This document shows, piece after piece, positions 60,538 through 64,000 of a DNA stretch of 64,000 nucleotides. The notes under the pieces were generated by a model. That model was not told the origin of the DNA. It saw nothing but the letters and a program-made list of their open reading frames with translations, and did not search any database. The stretch is from positions 960,001 through 1,024,000 of the forward strand of contig OZ251992.1 in NCBI GenBank assembly GCA_965246885.1, read 5' to 3'. Each line of letters opens with the position of its first letter. The stretch's first letter is position 1. The position numbers were made by a program, and so were the translations under genes. The DNA comes from Abditibacterium sp. GTDB taxonomy: Bacteria; Armatimonadota; Abditibacteriia; Abditibacteriales; Abditibacteriaceae.

Positions 60538-61335
60538 ATGTCCATGCAATTTACCCCCGAACAAGTCGCGACCTTCCACCGCGACGGCTTTCTTGCCGTC
60601 GAGGGCTTCTGGAACGCCGAAGAAGTCGCCGCCATGCAAGCCGAACTGGAGCGCCTCAAAGCCGATGGTCTGCTCAAAAATGTCGCTACCGACGGCGACG
60701 GGCAAACGACCTCGACACAAAAGCTCAACTTGCAACTGTGCCCCATGTCGCCCCACTCGCGCTTGTTCCGCGCCATGCCATTCTCCCCCAAAGTCGCCCA
60801 AGCCGTCGGACAACTCATCGGTGGGCCGCTCCGTTTGCAGTTAGACCAAGTGTTCCTCAAGCCCGGCGGCACTGGCGCGGGCACGAACTGGCACCAAGAC
60901 AACGACTATTTCCGCTTGACCGACACCACCAACGGGACGGCGTTATGGACGGCGGTTCACGATGCCACCGCCGCCAACGGCACCATGCGCGTCATCCCCG
61001 CCGCTTACCACGAAGCGCTCCCGCACTCGCGCGACCCCGAATCGAATCACCACGTGCGCTGCTTTCCCGACGAATCCAAGGCCATCACCGTCGAACTCAA
61101 AGCGGGCGGCGCCCTCTTCTTCCTGTATGGCACCCCCCACGCGACGGGCGGCAACACCACCGATAAAGAGCGCGCAGGCGTCGCGCTCCATTTCTTCAAC
61201 GACGCCGCCGTTAGCGAACGGCCCGGCTGGTTGGCCGGGCGCCCCGTCTTGAGCGGCCCCGAAGCAAGCGGCGGCGAGCGCGAATACGGCGAGAAATTGG
61301 ACTGGGAGCGCGAAGTCGCGGCGGCTTTGGGCTAA
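60538..61335 (+). CDS. PhyH-family Fe(II)/2OG dioxygenase
   Basis: FHRDGF, WHQD, DAT.ANG and H....N.T...R. Confidence 0.9.
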   Translation: MSMQFTPEQVATFHRDGFLAVEGFWNAEEVAAMQAELERLKADGLLKNVATDGDGQTTSTQKLNLQLCPMSPHSRLFRAMPFSPKVAQAVGQLIGGPLRLQLDQVFLKPGGTGAGTNWHQDNDYFRLTDTTNGTALWTAVHDATAANGTMRVIPAAYHEALPHSRDPESNHHVRCFPDESKAITVELKAGGALFFLYGTPHATGGNTTDKERAGVALHFFNDAAVSERPGWLAGRPVLSGPEASGGEREYGEKLDWEREVAAALG

Positions 61336-61341
61336 AGCGGC

Positions 61342-62472
61342 TTAGCGCCCGATGCTAAAGCCACCGGCGCGGGCTTGGGCGCTAAAGGTGCTGCCGATGG
61401 CGGCGTCGAGGGAGTCTTTGCGCCCCGACTTTTCGTTGGCGCGGCGTAGGAATTCGGCGCGTTTGGCGCCCAGTTCTTGCAACTGCTTTTGCAAATCGGC
61501 GCGCTCGCGCTGCTTTTGGGCGAGGAAGTCGCGGCGACCTTGGGGTGTCATGGCGCGCATGGCGGGCGGCAGTTCCTCGGCGGGGATTTTGTCCAGATCA
61601 AAGCCTACTTCCCGGCTTTTATCTACCAAGTCCCATTCGGCGTTGCGGTATTGGTTGCCTGCTTTGGCGAGGGCGCGCGCGGCATTGGCATAAGCGCCGC
61701 CCGCGCGTAGGGCATTGGAATCTTGCGCGGCTTGGTTGGCCGAAGCGTCGCGCCCGCGCAGGCCATAGGGGAGGTACGTCCCGTTCAGCTTGTTGTTGAG
61801 CATTCCGATTGGCCCGTCATAGGGCGTGGGAAGCATGACGGAGCCGCCGTTGCCCGCGATTTCCATGTATTCGCCGCCACCCTGCGAGGCGAACTGGCGC
61901 CACGTGTCTTGGCCACCGGCGTCGCCGCAATAGATGGCGTTGATGAAAATGCCGCGCTCTTTGCCGATAGGCGCGATGAGTTGGTAGCGAATCGGGCCTT
62001 GTTGCGCGGTCTCGTTGCCAACGACATAGATGGTGCGTAGTGCGGGCACGCCGGGGCGCGGTGAACTCCAACTCATGTCTTCGATAGACTTTTGAATCGC
62101 TTCGCCGACGTATTCCTCGCTCCAACCTTCGTCCTTGAACGTCGAAAGGTGCTGGTACACGCTGTCGAGGTCGCCGGACAAGTCGAACTCGCGGTAGGTG
62201 CGGCTGGCATCGCCATAACCAAGCAAGCCAATGCGCAGGCGCGGCGCGGGTTTGGCGCGGGCGGCGTCGTTGACGATGTCCCAGATTTTCTGCTTGGCGG
62301 TTTCAATGACCGGCCCCATCGAGCCGGAGCAATCAATGGCAAAGACGATGTCCATCGGCGGGCGGCTGGCGTCGGAAAAGTCGGGGTTGGGGATGTCGCG
62401 TCCGCGCGGGGCGGCGTGAGCGGCTCCGGCACCAAGCAGCAGACCGGCGAGAAGGATCGAGTGGATTCGCAT
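61342..62472 (-). CDS. Secreted von Willebrand factor A domain protein
   Basis: Signal peptide; DIVFAIDCSGSM MIDAS, GNE and WDLVD; C-terminal coiled coil. Confidence 0.88.
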   Translation of the reverse strand: MRIHSILLAGLLLGAGAAHAAPRGRDIPNPDFSDASRPPMDIVFAIDCSGSMGPVIETAKQKIWDIVNDAARAKPAPRLRIGLLGYGDASRTYREFDLSGDLDSVYQHLSTFKDEGWSEEYVGEAIQKSIEDMSWSSPRPGVPALRTIYVVGNETAQQGPIRYQLIAPIGKERGIFINAIYCGDAGGQDTWRQFASQGGGEYMEIAGNGGSVMLPTPYDGPIGMLNNKLNGTYLPYGLRGRDASANQAAQDSNALRAGGAYANAARALAKAGNQYRNAEWDLVDKSREVGFDLDKIPAEELPPAMRAMTPQGRRDFLAQKQRERADLQKQLQELGAKRAEFLRRANEKSGRKDSLDAAIGSTFSAQARAGGFSIGR

Positions 62473-62624
62473 AACCCTTAGAAGACCGTCGCGCCCCAAT
62501 GTTTTGTTCCCGCACGCCGGGAAAAGTTATCCATCAATCGGCGGCATCTTTTCGCCAACGCGCTTCAAGTCCCGCGCCGCGCTTGGGTGTCCTACTCTTA
62601 CTGTCCAATTGGGGAAAACTTGCC

Positions 62625-63545
62625 ATGACCGCCACCTTGCCCACCAATCAACTCACCGACCACCAGCGCGAAATCGCCGACTTCTACGCCGAAAACGGCT
62701 TTTACGTTTACCCCGACGCCCTTTCCGCCGACGAAGTGCAGGAACTGCGCGATGAGACCATCCGCATCTGCGCGGGCGAGTTGGGGTCAATTGCGGGCAC
62801 AAACGCCGCCCGCATGGAAGGCGAGACGGACGACGAACTGCTTCGCCGCTTCCTGTGCATCCACTTCCCGCACAAAATCTCCGACGTCATGTTCGACGCC
62901 CTCGCGCACCCGGCCATCGTTGAAACCCTCACTGCCTGCGTGTCGCCCAACGTCAAGGCGATGCAGTCCATGCTGTTCATCAAGGCGGCGGGCAAACCCG
63001 GCCAAGCGTGGCACCAAGACGAAGATTACATCCCCACGCGCGACCGCTCGCTTGTCGGGGCGTGGATTGCCCTCGACGATGCCACCGTCGAAAACGGCTG
63101 CCTCTGGATCATCCCCGGCTCGCACAAGCCCGGCATCTTGTGGGATCAACAGTGGCACGGTGACAAGCGCTTCGACTGCGCCCTCGAAAGCCGCGACTTC
63201 CCTTACTGCGACGAGGACGCGGTTCCCGTCGAAGTCAAGGCCGGAACCATCGTCTTCTTCAATGGCTACACCCTCCACCGCTCCCTCCCCAACGTGGCGA
63301 AGGGCGGCTATCGCCGCGCTCTCGTTAATCACTACATGAGCGCCGAGTCGTTTCTGCCTTGGTTCGGCCCCCGCAAGAACGAGCCGCGCGACCAAAAGGG
63401 CATCGCCAAACTCGACTTCCGCGACATCGTGATGATCGCCGGAACCGACCCCTACGCCCATCACGGAACCGAAAACCGCACCGGCCCCATGCTACGCGGC
63501 GACGGCAAAGGCGGCTGCGGCAACGGCATGGATTACGAGGACTAA
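62625..63545 (+). CDS. PhyH-family Fe(II)/2OG dioxygenase
   Basis: QSMLFIK..GKPGQAWHQDE, WIALDDATVENGCL.IIPGSH and LHRSLPN. Confidence 0.92.
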   Translation: MTATLPTNQLTDHQREIADFYAENGFYVYPDALSADEVQELRDETIRICAGELGSIAGTNAARMEGETDDELLRRFLCIHFPHKISDVMFDALAHPAIVETLTACVSPNVKAMQSMLFIKAAGKPGQAWHQDEDYIPTRDRSLVGAWIALDDATVENGCLWIIPGSHKPGILWDQQWHGDKRFDCALESRDFPYCDEDAVPVEVKAGTIVFFNGYTLHRSLPNVAKGGYRRALVNHYMSAESFLPWFGPRKNEPRDQKGIAKLDFRDIVMIAGTDPYAHHGTENRTGPMLRGDGKGGCGNGMDYED

Positions 63546-63581
63546 CGAAGAGCAGACAGGGGCAGGGGCGTAAACTGAGCA

Positions 63582-64000
63582 TCAGTTTACGCCCTTTTCA
63601 CGTTCAAGCAGGCGCCGTTTGCGCTCGATGTTCCAATGGAAGCCGGACAGTTCGCCGTTTTTGCCGACGACGCGGTGGCAGGGATGCACGAGCGCGACGG
63701 GGTTGCGGGCACACGCCGACGCGACGGCGCGCACAGCCGTAGGTTGCCCGATGCGCGCCGCCAAGGCGGAGTAGGAGACAGTCTCGCCGCGCCCGATGTG
63801 TTGCAGTTCGCGCCACACCCGCGCTTGCAGAGCCGTCGCGCGCACATCAAGGGGCAAGTCGGGAAACGCGCTGTCTCCGGCGAGCGACGCGAGAACGCAC
63901 TCCATCTCTCCTTTTAACCCCGCGTCATCGCGCGAGATGTCGGCGGCAGCGAAAAACTCCTTCCGCAAGCCCGCTTCGAGTTCGGCTTCACCCTCTCCCA
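63582..64000 (-). CDS. Methylated-DNA-protein-cysteine methyltransferase (Ada/Ogt), 3' part (5' end outside window)
   Basis: Q.RVW..L..I..GET.SY..LA, AVRAVA.ACA.NP and PCHRV. Confidence 0.92.
   Translation of the reverse strand, partial: GEGEAELEAGLRKEFFAAADISRDDAGLKGEMECVLASLAGDSAFPDLPLDVRATALQARVWRELQHIGRGETVSYSALAARIGQPTAVRAVASACARNPVALVHPCHRVVGKNGELSGFHWNIERKRRLLEREKGVN

Overview
GC-rich bacterial chromosomal window, mostly housekeeping genes with small accessory insertions. The lineage is probably Armatimonadota/Abditibacteriota-like; this is inferred only from gene content (DUF6785-type membrane protein, H-X9-DG motif, giant PD40/carboxypeptidase-regulatory surface protein). Main contents, in order: the 3' end of a UDP-glucuronate decarboxylase; a 2659-aa secreted multi-domain protein; kdsC; an ArnT-like glycosyltransferase; speB; rodA; a CpxRA-like two-component pair; a pyrR-pyrB-pyrC-carA-carB operon with a recognisable PyrR attenuator; recQ; prmC; a cyclophilin; topA-dprA; yceD-rpmF-plsX; a LacI/GH71 carbohydrate locus; an AttH/ABC-permease cluster; two PhyH dioxygenases; and the 3' part of an Ada/Ogt gene. 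Most notable oddities: (1) carB encodes only the N-terminal half of CPS and is preceded by a GNAT toxin plus an RHH-less DUF1778-like antitoxin inserted between carA and carB; (2) an unannotated H-X9-DG (DUF1559-type C-terminal) coding segment lies in frame directly behind the LacI amber stop, upstream of GH71; (3) a flavoprotein disulfide-reductase homologue lacks both redox cysteines and the catalytic His; (4) a GTAG-type REP doublet uses the topA stop codon; (5) two unrelated intergenic tracts have 21-bp periodicity; (6) many genes appear leaderless. No rRNA, intact tRNA, CRISPR array or transposase was seen. All family calls come from motif recognition by eye, not database searches.
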